Positions 1 through 10,644 of a stretch of DNA of 37,783 nucleotides are shown piece by piece (within the stretch, counting starts at the first letter, position 1; each line of letters starts with the position of its first letter). This DNA comes from Octopus bimaculoides (taxonomy: Eukaryota), in assembly GCF_001194135.2 (NCBI RefSeq), contig NC_068989.1, forward strand, positions 33,670,349 through 33,708,131, in the 5' to 3' direction. Below the pieces are notes generated by a model that did no database searches, was not told the DNA's origin, and saw only the letters and a list, made by a program, of their open reading frames with translations. A program made the position numbers and the translations under genes.

Positions 1-37
1 ATATATATATATATATATATATATAATATTCTTTTAA

Positions 38-140
38 TTGTTTCAGTCATTCATTGCAGCCATGCTGGAGCAAACCGAACCCAGGACTTATTCTTTGTAA
101 GCCTAAAACTAATTCTATCGGTCACTTTTGCTGAACCGCT
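38..140 (-). mobile_element. 3' part of an octopus-type tRNA-derived SINE (fragment)
   Basis: ttgtttcagtcatt...ccatgctggagca...cccaggacttattctttgtaagcct matches the copies at 1840-1938 and 12020-12140. Confidence 0.75.
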
Positions 141-398
141 GGGTTCATAGAAAAATGAATGTTAAAACAATGATGATGATGCCGATACATTGTGTACATA
201 ATTTCGTCACACTGGCTACAGAACATCAATCATATGATATGCACTGATTTTTCATTAATTTATATAATATATGGATAAAGGAGCATTTTCCCCCAAATTT
301 ATTGCTATTGCTTACAACTGTTACATGATGTCAGAGACAGTAACATACATTCACACACACAAGCATGCACACATACATACTCTCACTTTCACTCCCTC

Positions 399-429
<31 letters not shown>

Positions 430-430
<1 letters not shown>

Positions 431-578
431 TTTCCTTCAGTTTCCATCTACCAAATCCACTCACAAGGCTTTGGTTGGTCTGAGGCAATACTAGAAGACA
501 CTTGCTCAAGATGCCACAGATTGGAACTGAACCCAGAACCCTGTGGTTGTGTAGCAAACTTCTTAACATACAGTCACA
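430..578 (-). mobile_element. tRNA-head (5') part of the same SINE family
   Basis: cttcagtttccatctaccaaatccactcacaaggc...agaagacacttg...gaactgaaccc matches 2300-2450; abuts a (CT)n tract at about 399-427. Confidence 0.75.
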
Positions 579-758
579 CATGCACTGTGTAGTAAGATGT
601 TTGCTTAAAGAAAACATTAATACTATCGGCTCTCTTTTTATGATTAGGTCCTTCATTAAAATGTAATGTACATCTATGCATAAAAAAACTCAGTTTTCTC
701 ATTTAATCTAAGTCTCTCATTTAAAGGCTCATTGCTGTTGTTTTTGTTTTGATTTTAG

Positions 759-812
759 TTTGGATTTAATGACTAACCCAGTTTCTACAACATGTAATCA
801 CCACTTCTGCAA
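759..812 (+). CDS. BRCA1: BRCA1 orthologue, RING exon (equivalent to human 54-nt exon 3)
   Basis: Acceptor tttgttttgattttAG at 757-758 and donor GTAAGT at 813. The 54 nt read T/TTG GAT TTA ATG ACT AAC CCA GTT TCT ACA ACA TGT AAT CAC CAC TTC TGC AA = LDLMTNPVSTTCNHHFCK, versus recalled human LELIKEPVSTKCDHIFCK. Phase 2-2. The first coding exon lies upstream of the window. Confidence 0.92.
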
Positions 813-903
813 GTAAGTATTATGCCTTTTAATGATCAGTTCTTGACATTCGTATAAAATCTGAATATATCTTTAATAAAGAATTTATTTTGCTGTATCC
901 TTG

Positions 904-1297
904 TCATGTCATCATCATCGTTTAACATCCACTTTCCATGCTAGCATGGGTTGGACAATTTGACTGAGGACTGGCAAGCCAGAAGGCTGCACCAGGCACC
1001 AATCTGATCTGGCAGAGTTTCTACAGCTGGATGCCCTTCCTAACACCAACTACTCCGAGAGTGTAGTGGGTGCTTTTACGTGTCACTGGCACGAGGGCCA
1101 GTCACACAGTACTGGCAACAGCCACGCTCAAAAAGGTGTTTTTTATGTGCCACCTGCACGGGAGCCAGTCCAGCAGCACTGGCAATGACCTTGCTCAAAT
1201 GATTTTCTAACGTGCCACCAGCACAAGTGCGAGAAGGCAACGCTGGTAACAATTACGCTCTAATGGTGCTATTTACAGGCCACTAGCACGGAAGCCA
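904..1297 (-). mobile_element. RTE 3'-tail retroposon copy with about four 65-bp internal repeats
   Basis: (CAT)n tail, palindrome CCATGCTAGCATGG at 936-949 and a gctggatgcccttcctaac core shared with 7610, 13285, 26940 and 30371. Confidence 0.8.
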
Positions 1298-1318
1298 CTA
1301 ATAATAGCCAATGTACAC

Positions 1319-1598
1319 ATGGAATACTTTGAGAATTTGGCTTTAGGATCAACACCACTAAAACCAACCCTATGGCTGCGATATGTTGATGACATCTTCA
1401 TACTCTGGCCCCACCAGGAAGATGTCCAAGTGCTGTTAGATCATGTGAACTCAATAAAACCATCCATACAGTTCACAATGAAAAAAGAAAAAGACAATCA
1501 GCTAGCATTCCTGAACATATTAATAACACGCACCAAGCATGGATTCAGGAATCCGTATACTGCAGGACGTCAATATACTGGACGATACTTCAACTTCA
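1319..1598 (+). mobile_element. Penelope-like element (Poseidon-like), reverse transcriptase fragment
   Basis: LWLRYVDDIFILWPH...LDHVNSIKPSIQFTMKKEKDNQLAFLNILI is the PLE RT YVDD motif and the following 'IQFT.E.E...L.FLD' block. Confidence 0.85.
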
Positions 1599-1665
1599 TC
1601 TGCCCCCTTGGGTCCTCTGGATACTAATACCTCTCGTTCATACATACATACATACCTGTCATACC

Positions 1666-1705
1666 GGCCATGACGAAGGGAAATAGCCCTGAAACTCGAG
1701 TCGCC
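1666..1705 (+). ncRNA. Minimal type-I hammerhead ribozyme motif (variant core)
   Basis: GGC C(A)TGACGA AGGG aaatag CCCT GAAAC TCGA GTC|GCC: stem I GGC/GCC, 4-bp stem II, palindromic stem III ACTCGAGT, GUC triplet. One extra A in the CUGANGA core. Confidence 0.6.
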
Positions 1706-1827
1706 TTTATATATTTATATTTATATATTTGATCCTTTATATTGAACACTCAATATTTCATCTACATTCAATACTTTATTTCATGGTGCCATCCATTTTT
1801 ATTTTATTTTATATTATATATTCTCTT

Positions 1828-2453
1828 TTACTCTTTTACTTGTTTCAGTCTTTTGACTGGCCATGCTGGAGCACCACCTTTAGTCGAGCAGATCGACCCC
1901 AGGACTTATTCTTTGGAAGCCTAGTACTTATTCTATCGNNNNNNNNNNNNNNNNNNNNNNNNNNNNNNNNNNNNNNNNNNNNNNNNNNNNNNNNNNNNNN
2001 NNNNNNNNNNNNNNNNNNNNNNNNNNNNNNNNNNNNNNNNNNNNNNNNNNNNNNNNNNNNNNNNNNNNNNNNNNNNNNNNNNNNNNNNNNNNNNNNNNNN
2101 NNNNNNNNNNNNNNNNNNNNNNNNNNNNNNNNNNNNNNNNNNNNNNNNNNNNNNNNNNNNNNNNNNNNNNNNNNNNNNNNNNNNNNNNNNNNNNNNNNNN
2201 NNNNNNNNNNNNNNNNNNNNNNNNNNNNNNNNNNNNNNNNNNNNNNNNNNNNNNNNNNNNNNNNNNNNNNNNNNNNNNNNNNNNNNNNNNNNNATACGAC
2301 AGGCTTCTTTCAGTTTCCGTCTACCAAATCCACTCACAAGGCATTGGTCGGCCCGAGGCTATAGTAGAAGACACTTCCCCAAGATGCCACGCAGTGGGAC
2401 TGAACCCGAGGCCATGTGGTTGGTAGGCAAGCTACTTACCACACAGCTACTCC
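1828..2453 (-). mobile_element. Full-length tRNA-derived SINE spanning an N-gap (internal microsatellite unresolved)
   Basis: Minus-strand head TAGCTGTGTGG (A box) and GGTTCAGTCCC (B box) at about 2450-2395; 3' part at 1828-1938; gap 1939-2293. Confidence 0.8.
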
Positions 2454-2711
2454 TATTGTATATTATATTATATATTGTATATTCCATATTCTATACCCCA
2501 CATTGGTTCTGCAGGAATATAAATAAAACATAAAAAACAGAGTGTTGGAACTCTTTTAAACAAAATAATATATTCCTCTATACACAATCATACAAAAAAA
2601 ACCCCTTTTTTGTATTTATTGTTACTCGCATATATATATATATACACACACACATATAAACATATATATATATATATACATATAAATACATACATACATA
2701 CATACATACAT

Positions 2712-3131
2712 AGCTTCTTCCCCAACCCAACCTCCCAACCTGGCTCGTTCCCTTGCTCCTACCCATGCTGCCGCACTTGCCCTTACCTCTCCAACACCAC
2801 CCTCCTCACCAGCACCCATCACCGACCCTATCGCATCACCGACTCCTTCACCTGCACTTCTACCAACATCATCTCCTGCTCTCTCTGCCATTCTCTGTAC
2901 ATCGGACAAACGGGACGCCACCTGGCCGACCGATTCGCGGAACACTTCCGGGACATCGACGTTGGCAATGACACCCCGGTGTCACGCCACTTCCGCTCTG
3001 CCGGTCACTCCTTGCAGCAACACCTGTCCGTGTTTGGATTGTCCATGCACAGGGGCCATCCGGACTCCCGTTTGCGCCGTGAACAGGGATTAATCTACTC
3101 GCTTCGCTCCTTTGCGCCACATGGGCTCAAC
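2712..3131 (+). mobile_element. Penelope-like element (Neptune-like), Cys-rich finger plus GIY-YIG endonuclease C-terminus
   Basis: PCSYPCCRTC...FTCTSTNIISCSLCHSLYIGQTGRHLADRFAEH...PVSRHF...APHGLN; open up to the gap at 3132; GC- and CpG-rich. Confidence 0.85.
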
Positions 3132-4084
3132 NNNNNNNNNNNNNNNNNNNNNNNNNNNNNNNNNNNNNNNNNNNNNNNNNNNNNNNNNNNNNNNNNNNNN
3201 NNNNNNNNNNNNNNNNNNNNNNNNNNNNNNNNNNNNNNNNNNNNNNNNNNNNNNNNNNNNNNNNNNNNNNNNNNNNNNNNNNNNNNNNNNNNNNNNNNNN
3301 NNNNNNNNNNNNNNNNNNNNNNNNNNNNNNNNNNNNNNNNNNNNNNNNNNNNNNNNNNNNNNNNNNNNNNNNNNNNNNNNNNNNNNNNNNNNNNNNNNNN
3401 NNNNNNNNNNNNNNNNNNNNNNNNNNNNNNNNNNNNNNNNNNNNNNNNNNNNNNNNNNNNNNNNNNNNNNNNNNNNNNNNNNNNNNNNNNNNNNNNNNNN
3501 NNNNNNNNNNNNNNNNNNNNNNNNNNNNNNNNNNNNNNNNNNNNNNNNNNNNNNNNNNNNNNNNNNNNNNNNNNNNNNNNNNNNNNNNNNNNNNNNNNNN
3601 NNNNNNNNNNNNNNNNNNNNNNNNNNNNNNNNNNNNNNNNNNNNNNNNNNNNNNNNNNNNNNNNNNNNNNNNNNNNNNNNNNNNNNNNNNNNNNNNNNNN
3701 NNNNNNNNNNNNNNNNNNNNNNNNNNNNNNNNNNNNNNNNNNNNNNNNNNNNNNNNNNNNNNNNNNNNNNNNNNNNNNNNNNNNNNNNNNNNNNNNNNNN
3801 NNNNNNNNNNNNNNNNNNNNNNNNNNNNNNNNNNNNNNNNNNNNNNNNNNNNNNNNNNNNNNNNNNNNNNNNNNNNNNNNNNNNNNNNNNNNNNNNNNNN
3901 NNNNNNNNNNNNNNNNNNNNNNNNNNNNNNNNNNNNNNNNNNNNNNNNNNNNNNNNNNNNNNNNNNNNNNNNNNNNNNNNNNNNNNNNNNNNNNNNNNNN
4001 NNNNNNNNNNNNNNNNNNNNNNNNNNNNNATATATACATACACATAAACATATATACATACAGATATACATATGTACAAACACA

Positions 4085-4845
4085 TAATAACATGCACCAA
4101 GTATGGATTCAGGACATCCGTATACTGCAGGCGTCCGTATACTGGACGATACCTCAACTTCAACTCCCACCATCCATACAGTGTAAAGAGAGGAATTGCT
4201 CAGTGCCTAAAGCATCAAGCAATGAATACAAGCAGCGATCTTGATACCCACCACGAAGAAATGGTCAAGCTCAGTAACAATCTGTTAAGCAACAACTACC
4301 CCAAAAGCATAGTCTCCACTCCAATTATAAAGAAAAGAGAGGATGAAACTAATGAACTGTCCACAGTCTGTCTACCCTATGTGAAAGGCCTCTTCTAACA
4401 GATACAATAGATATGCTGCCCATATGACGTCAGGACAGCATTCAAAAGTAATACAACACTTCGCAAATATCTCCTTCAAGTAAAACCACCAATAGAAGAG
4501 AACATGACCAAGAACTGCGTGTACTCCATTCCATACAGCTGTGGTAGGTTATACAAAGGCGAAACATGTCGCCCCCTCAAAAGAAGGGTAGAGGAACATC
4601 GCAAAGCAGTGACATGAGAAGATATTGATAAATCGGTTATAGCTGATCATGTATGGAGAAATGGAGACCACCTTACCCCGTGGGATGAAGTTAAAATAAT
4701 AGACAGAGAACACCACCAGAAAATACAAAAACTAAAAGAAGCAGCACATATGCTAGGACACAACTTCCTAAGCAGACCGAGTGCAGATATGAACAGCATA
4801 TGGGAACTGGTATTAAGGAAGGATAGGGGAATATTAGATTTATAA
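4085..4845 (+). mobile_element. Penelope-like element (Poseidon-like), RT thumb plus GIY-YIG endonuclease, degenerate
   Basis: One frame with a few stops: TGRYLNFNSHHPYSVKRGI...VCLPYVKG...CVYSIPYSCGRLYKGETCRPLKRRVEEH...IADHVW...KEAAH; terminal TAA at 4843-4845. Confidence 0.85.
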
Positions 4846-4871
4846 GCCCTAAAGTTCACTCTATAATTGCC

Positions 4872-4944
4872 CACTGGCATATAGCATAATGGTTAAGAGC
4901 ACAGGCTACTAACCCCAAGATTCTGCGTTCGATTCCAGGCAGTG
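4872..4944 (+). ncRNA. tRNA-derived (SINE-type) Pol III head; not a functional tRNA
   Basis: A box TAGCATAATGG (4882-4892), B box GTTCGATTCC (4927-4936), acceptor-like CACTG/CAGTG, anticodon-like loop CTACTAA. T-arm pairing is imperfect. Confidence 0.65.
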
Positions 4945-4945
4945 A

Positions 4946-4949
<4 letters not shown>

Positions 4950-4984
<35 letters not shown>

Positions 4985-4988
4985 CAAC
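4950..4988. repeat. (AAT)n/(AAC)n microsatellite
   Basis: ataataataataataataataataataataataacaacaac seen directly. Confidence 0.95.
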
Positions 4989-5036
4989 ATCGAAAAATAC
5001 CTTAGGAATGAGAGACCAGGTTCGAAATTTCCCCAA

Positions 5037-5082
5037 GACACCTGATGAAGGCTGGAGGGTATATCAGCTGAAACATTGTGTT
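5037..5082 (+). ncRNA. Minimal type-I hammerhead ribozyme motif lacking a real stem III
   Basis: GACAC CTGATGA A GGCTG gagggtatat CAGCT GAAAC ATT|GTGTT: stem I GACAC/GTGTT, 5-bp stem II. AACATT is one change away from the palindrome AACGTT. Confidence 0.7.
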
Positions 5083-5466
5083 AACAACAAACAAGATGAG
5101 GACAAATATCCATCAAATGTAAATAATGTATATTAAATCTCACTGAAGATATCTCCCTTGCTAATGAAGAATTTCCAACTTGTTTTTGTTTATCTTAATA
5201 AAAAAAATTGAAATGCCAAAGAAAGTTCATGTTATATATTATTTAAAATAATTGTTCAAGATGCTTGTTTCTTTTCACTCTGTGTCTTTACACTTCACCA
5301 GAAAATCTTTTTATTTTATGAGTCCTGACTACTATTAAAAGTGAATCATTTTAAAGAATGTGATTCAAAGTAATCCAAACATTTTTCTGTAACATACTGA
5401 TGCTGCTATTCCTACTACTTCTTTTGATTGTCTCTTTATTGTTTTCTTTATATTGTATTTTCATAG

Positions 5467-5541
5467 ATTTTGCATCAATGAGTTTATTCACAAGAAAAGA
5501 CAAGTACCTTGTCCAATGTGTAATGTTGCTTTAACAAAGAG
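5467..5541 (+). CDS. BRCA1: BRCA1 orthologue, second RING exon (equivalent to human exon 5)
   Basis: Acceptor ttgtattttcatAG and donor AG|GTAAAT. The 75 nt read FCINEFIHKKRQVPCPMCNVALTKR, versus human [26 protein letters not shown]. In frame with 759-812 (AA+A = Lys). All six Zn ligands encoded in these two exons are intact. Confidence 0.92.
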
Positions 5542-6602
5542 GTAAATTTCATTTTAAATAACTTCCTAGACTATTTTTAGCCATAAGCACAAGCTTATTT
5601 AAATTCTTTTTAACTTTCATCAACTTATTGTTTCCCTTTTAATAATGTTTGAATCCATTGGTAATCCCCCCTGTGTGATGTTCTCTTGAAAATAAGCAGC
5701 TTTATTTGAAGAGCAATTTCTATCCAAGATATTTCCTTCAGTACTATTTCATTCAGTTTTGAAATTCAACATTGTTTTATCTGTTGAAATAATTTACTAC
5801 ATCAGAGTTGTGTTTTTGGCAGGACTGCATTGTTTTTTTTTGACTTTAATCACTTCTATAAAAGTTAGCCAACTTTTTTATGCATGATGCTGTAGACTTC
5901 AGTACCATTTGGGTATATATTGTAAAGGTTATAAATGTGTAATTTCACGCATAGCCCTGTCCAGTCTGGAGGAGTAAGATTATTTGATGGTATTGCTGTC
6001 AATGTTTAGGACCTGATAAGATAAAATGTTGTAGGTGGATGCATTATATGAAGAATGATTTGGAGAAGTATGGTTAGTATGAGGTCAAGAAGAGAGTCAA
6101 TATAGATGAATGGAAGAAAAAATGTCACAGGTATGAGTGTGAAAGTGTGCACAAGTTTTAAGAAGCAGTAGTAACTTAGAAAAAGGAGTAGTGTCTTGAA
6201 GTAGATTTGAATAATGGAAGCTAGTCTGTAGATGAAATTTTAATAATTTAGGTGACAGATATAGTCATGTTTTTACAGATATGGGAACATTGCCCTATGA
6301 TCAATCAAACAAATTATTTTGTGCTGCAAGCAGGAAGCACAAATTTCCAAGTTATAACTACATCAAGTATGTGAAAGGCATGTGATGATTTTAGATGTTG
6401 GTTCAGCATTCCTCTGGATTGGCTGGAGGTGCTGCACAATTCTATTTTATGAAGTTGAGCAATATTTTGGTTTCCTGGAAATGTCAGTACTGTATGTAAC
6501 ATATCTCCCTTCAGTTGCTAAAGTCACTGGAGTAAAAGAAAGAAAATATTTCTGCATATATGCTTGAATGTATGTTCATATATATAAGACAATATTTAAA
6601 TC

Positions 6603-7178
6603 TAACATTGTGGATGTCCTGTTAGAACTCCAAATACTGCGGTATTCAGCTTGAGAGGTCCTCTCTTATAGATGCATGGTGCATATATTATAGCATACAA
6701 GAACTGTCTTGCATGTGTGTCAGAACTAGATCATGTGATTTCAGCATACTGTGCTTCTTCAGTAGCATGCATCCAGTGACCGCATACAACCGAAATATCA
6801 TCACCAACAATATACAGAAAACAGTGTGTTTTCAGCCATTGATGTTGCAAATAGCCAGCAGGCTTATTAAGAATAATTATTAGGGATGGAAGCAGTATTA
6901 ACACCAAAAAGCAATCTTTAAATCCAACTTAACATGGATGTCTTGTTAGAAAATCAAATATTACAGTATTTGCCTTGATGATGATGATGACATGGTGTAT
7001 AAAAGCATAGACATATATCATAGCAGACAAGAACCATCTAGCATGGGCGCTGGAACTGCATACTGTGCTTCTTCTGTAGCATGTGACCAGTGGCCACATA
7101 CCAGTTAAATCTTGCTGCTAACGATATATAGAATAACTGTGTCGTTTCAGTCATTGCATATAGCCTACAGGTTTATTA
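6603..7178. repeat. Old tandem duplication, period about 327 bp
   Basis: 6603-6869 and 6930-7178 share ordered blocks: taacat..ggatgtc.tgttagaa, catactgtgcttcttc.gtagcatg, ccagtg.cc.cata, tttcag.cattg, atagcc...cagg.ttatta. Confidence 0.7.
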
Positions 7179-7609
7179 TTCTGACACAGTATTTGGTGTT
7201 CTAACGAGACATGTGTGTTTAGTTCAGTGGCATATGATGGTTGTCGTTATTGGGTGTGCTGCCACACTGACCATACTATGACTAACATTAGTATATACTC
7301 AAATTAGGCATAGAAACTGTGTATTTCTATTCAAAATGCGGGATTCAAAATGTAAATAATGTAAACTTAATTCAGTTGGGATATAGATATATGGCACTAA
7401 GGTTAATTGAATTAATAATACCCTATAAATTGTAAGCATTCTAAAATAAGCTGTATTTTTCTTATGTGCACACTGTAAAATAAGAAACCATATAATTTTG
7501 CTTACTTAAATTAGTTATATGTGTAAGTTCTATTCTTCTTTAATGATGTAATATGTTCAATAACCTCATCGTACAATGAACCACTTTATTATTAGTTTTG
7601 AAAACATTA

Positions 7610-7817
7610 AACATCCGCCTGACTGGCCTTCGTGCGGGTGACACATAAAAGCACCCACTACACTCTCTGAGTGGTTGGCGTTAGGAAGGGCATCCAGCTG
7701 TAGAAACTCTGCCAAATCAGATTGGAGGCTGGTGTTGCCATCCGGTTTCACCAGTCCTCAGTCAAATCGTCCAACCCTTGCTAGCATGGAAAGCGGATGT
7801 TAAACGATGATGATGAT
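7610..7817 (+). mobile_element. RTE 3'-tail retroposon copy without a VNTR array
   Basis: gcacccactacactctctgagtggttggcgttaggaagggcatccagc...gctagcatggaaagcggatgttaaacgatgatgatgat; nearly identical to 26940-27118. Confidence 0.85.
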
Positions 7818-8687
7818 ATGTTTGAAGGTATGAATGAATGTTATAGTTAGGTCACTATGGGACCAATTCGGAAGTTGTTTCTTGTCACAAAATCTTTCTA
7901 GAAGAGGAGTGGATAGAGCTCCTTAATGGAGATAGTGTGTGCTATCTCTGTTGCTCAGCTGCCTTGTGAATGAGTCCAATAAGACAAAGGTTGAGAGGGT
8001 ACACTTTAATAGAAAGAACTTTATACAGTCAACACTATATCAGTACCAAAGTAAAAGCACTAAGATGACACTGATTCTGAATTTCAAGTTTAAAGTTTGA
8101 CAGCAGCTCAAGATGAGTGTTGATCCAGCAAAAAAAATTACTTATAAGGAAAAAGAATTTGCAATTGTTCGTTATGTACAGTACACAAAGAAATAATTGA
8201 CTATGTGATCTTAGAGTGCCATTCTTAACAAAAAAAGAAAGGAAAAGAATCAGCAGGCTCAACAAAATGGGTAGATGTGTACAATGAAAACGGTTCTAAT
8301 ATTCCAAAACTGGAAGAGAAAAACATGCTACAAACATGCCAGAGAAGAAAAATGTTCTTAATAGTAATTTCAGTTCCAAACATATCAATTCATCTTCCTG
8401 AAAGAGTTTGAGAAATTGCCTAAGTATGAAGACTTAGAAATAAATAGAAGAATATGAGGATTGAAAGCTAACAGAAAATACAGTGATGACTATTAATAAC
8501 GATGATTTCTAACATTGTCACAAGGTCACATAATTTGAGGTAGGAAACAGTTACTTGCCTGAATATTTGACCAGTACTTATATTTACATTTAACATGCCA
8601 GTCATGTTTATTCCTCTCCACATCAATGTAATCTATATACTACTAAAACTTTCTAATTGATTGTTGCTTGCTTGCCTGTCATTTAAT

Positions 8688-9752
8688 ACAGCCAAACTGG
8701 TGCATAATGGGAAAATACTATGAATTAAAGTACCTCTGAAATGTGAAATACACACAGAATAAAACAAGTTTTGCCATGGATTCCTGAGATATGGGGTGGT
8801 TTTTGGGGGTATTCATAAATACCCAAAATGGTGCACAATGGGAAAATACTCTGAAAGTAACATAGCCCTGAAAGGGAAGAAACTTTAACCTTTCGATTAG
8901 AGACATTATGATCAATGTCTTCTGTATTTTGAAGACAAACTTCACAACCTGGGCAAAAGTCTTAGAGATTTTAACTTGCCTACGAAAAATACGAGTTGTT
9001 TTTACAGTAAATGTTTCTATTTTCGCTTTTGCTAAACACAATATTTTAATCATTTAGAAATATTTTGAAGTGAATGTGATTTTAAAAACACAAGTTGTTT
9101 GTACAGTATTTATATTTAACTTTCTTTAAACAGACAATATTTTAATTTAAAAAAAAATTATTTTCAAGTGAATACCATTACAAAAATTTTTTGGCATATT
9201 TAAAAGATTTTTAAGTGAAAATGACTTTAAAAATATGGTAAACATTTTGTAAAAGAACCGTTCATGCCTTGGTGTGAAATAATTTTTTTCCATGGTTTTT
9301 TTCAAGTGCATTCAACGTATTTGACCTCCAAACCTGCCACAAGCAACTTCTTTTCTGGAAAAGAAAGGAGTGGAGGTGTGGTGGGGACCTTGGAGTTTTG
9401 TTTCACAGTTTTTTTTTCTTTTCCAGGTTATTTTGCATGCTTTCACCGAAACTCTGAGTTTCCCCACCAACAGAGTTTTGTTTCACAAGTTTTTTTTGTG
9501 AATACAAATGGAATAAAACAAGTTTTGTGTAAATTGGACCAAGATATGCATTTTTTGGGGTACCTTTATAAATAGCCAAACTGGTGTATAATGGGGTAAA
9601 ATGCTTTGAAAGTAAGGTACCATTGAAATGTGAATACATACAGAATAACACAAGTTTTGCGTAAATTGGACCACGGATTCCTGAGAAACACATTTTTTCG
9701 TGTACCTTGAACTATTAGTGACCCAATGGGTCATGGGTAGTCTAGTTGTCAT
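8688..9752. repeat. Unclassified element with 130-140 bp sub-repeats (possibly a decayed DNA transposon)
   Basis: The block (a/c)agccaaactggtg(c/t)ataatggg..aaaat recurs at about 8690, 8820 and 9573; cagaataa.acaagttttg recurs at about 8755, 9510 and 9640. Confidence 0.5.
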
Positions 9753-10288
9753 TTAAATATATATACAGAGGCTAATACTTAAGATATATGGTTGCATTTC
9801 TACACCACATATCTTTCATATTTGCATTATGCAGTCAATTGATCAGTGACAGTTTATTAAGTTGCTGCAAATTCTTCATGTAAAATGTCTACCGTTTAAG
9901 CTGACACATTCACATACACATCAAACTGTCAATTTTACTGGGAAAGTATTTGCCTTAACTAACCTTCGATACATGTCTATCACTTGCTCTATCAAGAATA
10001 TTCTCTTTCCTCTACTTAATTACTTTTATTTCTTTACTGCTCTACCATTAACCACACTAAGAAATATGGCATTTACATTTTAAAGTTTTGTAAACCAATA
10101 ATAACTAAATTAATAATGTGTTCTTTGAAATTATATACTAATACTGAGTCAATCTTGAATACCAAACACAAAGATTTTTAAAAAAATGTTAAAAATAAAA
10201 TGATTATAAGGAACTTGACATTTAAGACCCCATGAATATTGTAATTTCTTTATTTTTCTTCTTCTTTTACTTTCATTCATTTCGAAAG

Positions 10289-10377
10289 AAGTTTTCAAGA
10301 AAATGGTAAACTGAAAAACATCATTGAGAAACTGAAGAATCTGATGTCTGCTGTGGCAAAAGATACACATTATACAC
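10289..10377 (+). CDS. BRCA1: BRCA1 orthologue, post-RING helix exon (equivalent to human 89-nt exon 6)
   Basis: Long polypyrimidine tract then AG, donor GTAAGA. 89 nt, phase 2-1, reading SFQENGKLKNIIEKLKNLMSAVAKDTHYT versus human [29 protein letters not shown]. Confidence 0.9.
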
Positions 10378-10644
10378 GTAAGAATTTTCTTAAAATCAAC
10401 ATTATCATTAAATAAAATTTACAGAGTGATCATTATTTTGTTTGTCGTAGCTAACTGTAATGTTTTGTTTGTCATAGCTAACTGTAATGTTTTATTTGTG
10501 TGTGTGTGTGTGTGCATGTATATATATGTATATTGATGCTTGTTTTTTTGTTCAGATATAAAAAAAAAATACAATTTTACATTAATCTGAAGGATTATGC
10601 CATACTTCTGTAGAGTACAAATTTATTATTCTTTCACAAGAATA

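Noticed and set aside
4872-4944. Functional tRNA gene with anticodon ACT
   Set aside because: The T-stem and anticodon stem pair poorly, there is no long Ser variable arm, and it is embedded in a retroelement cassette.
5980-6250. Possible CR1/L2 endonuclease remnant on the minus strand (LLDLILT)
   Set aside because: Only one short motif; too decayed to call.
10556-10615. Exon candidate after tttttttgttcAG
   Set aside because: All three frames contain stops before the next GT.
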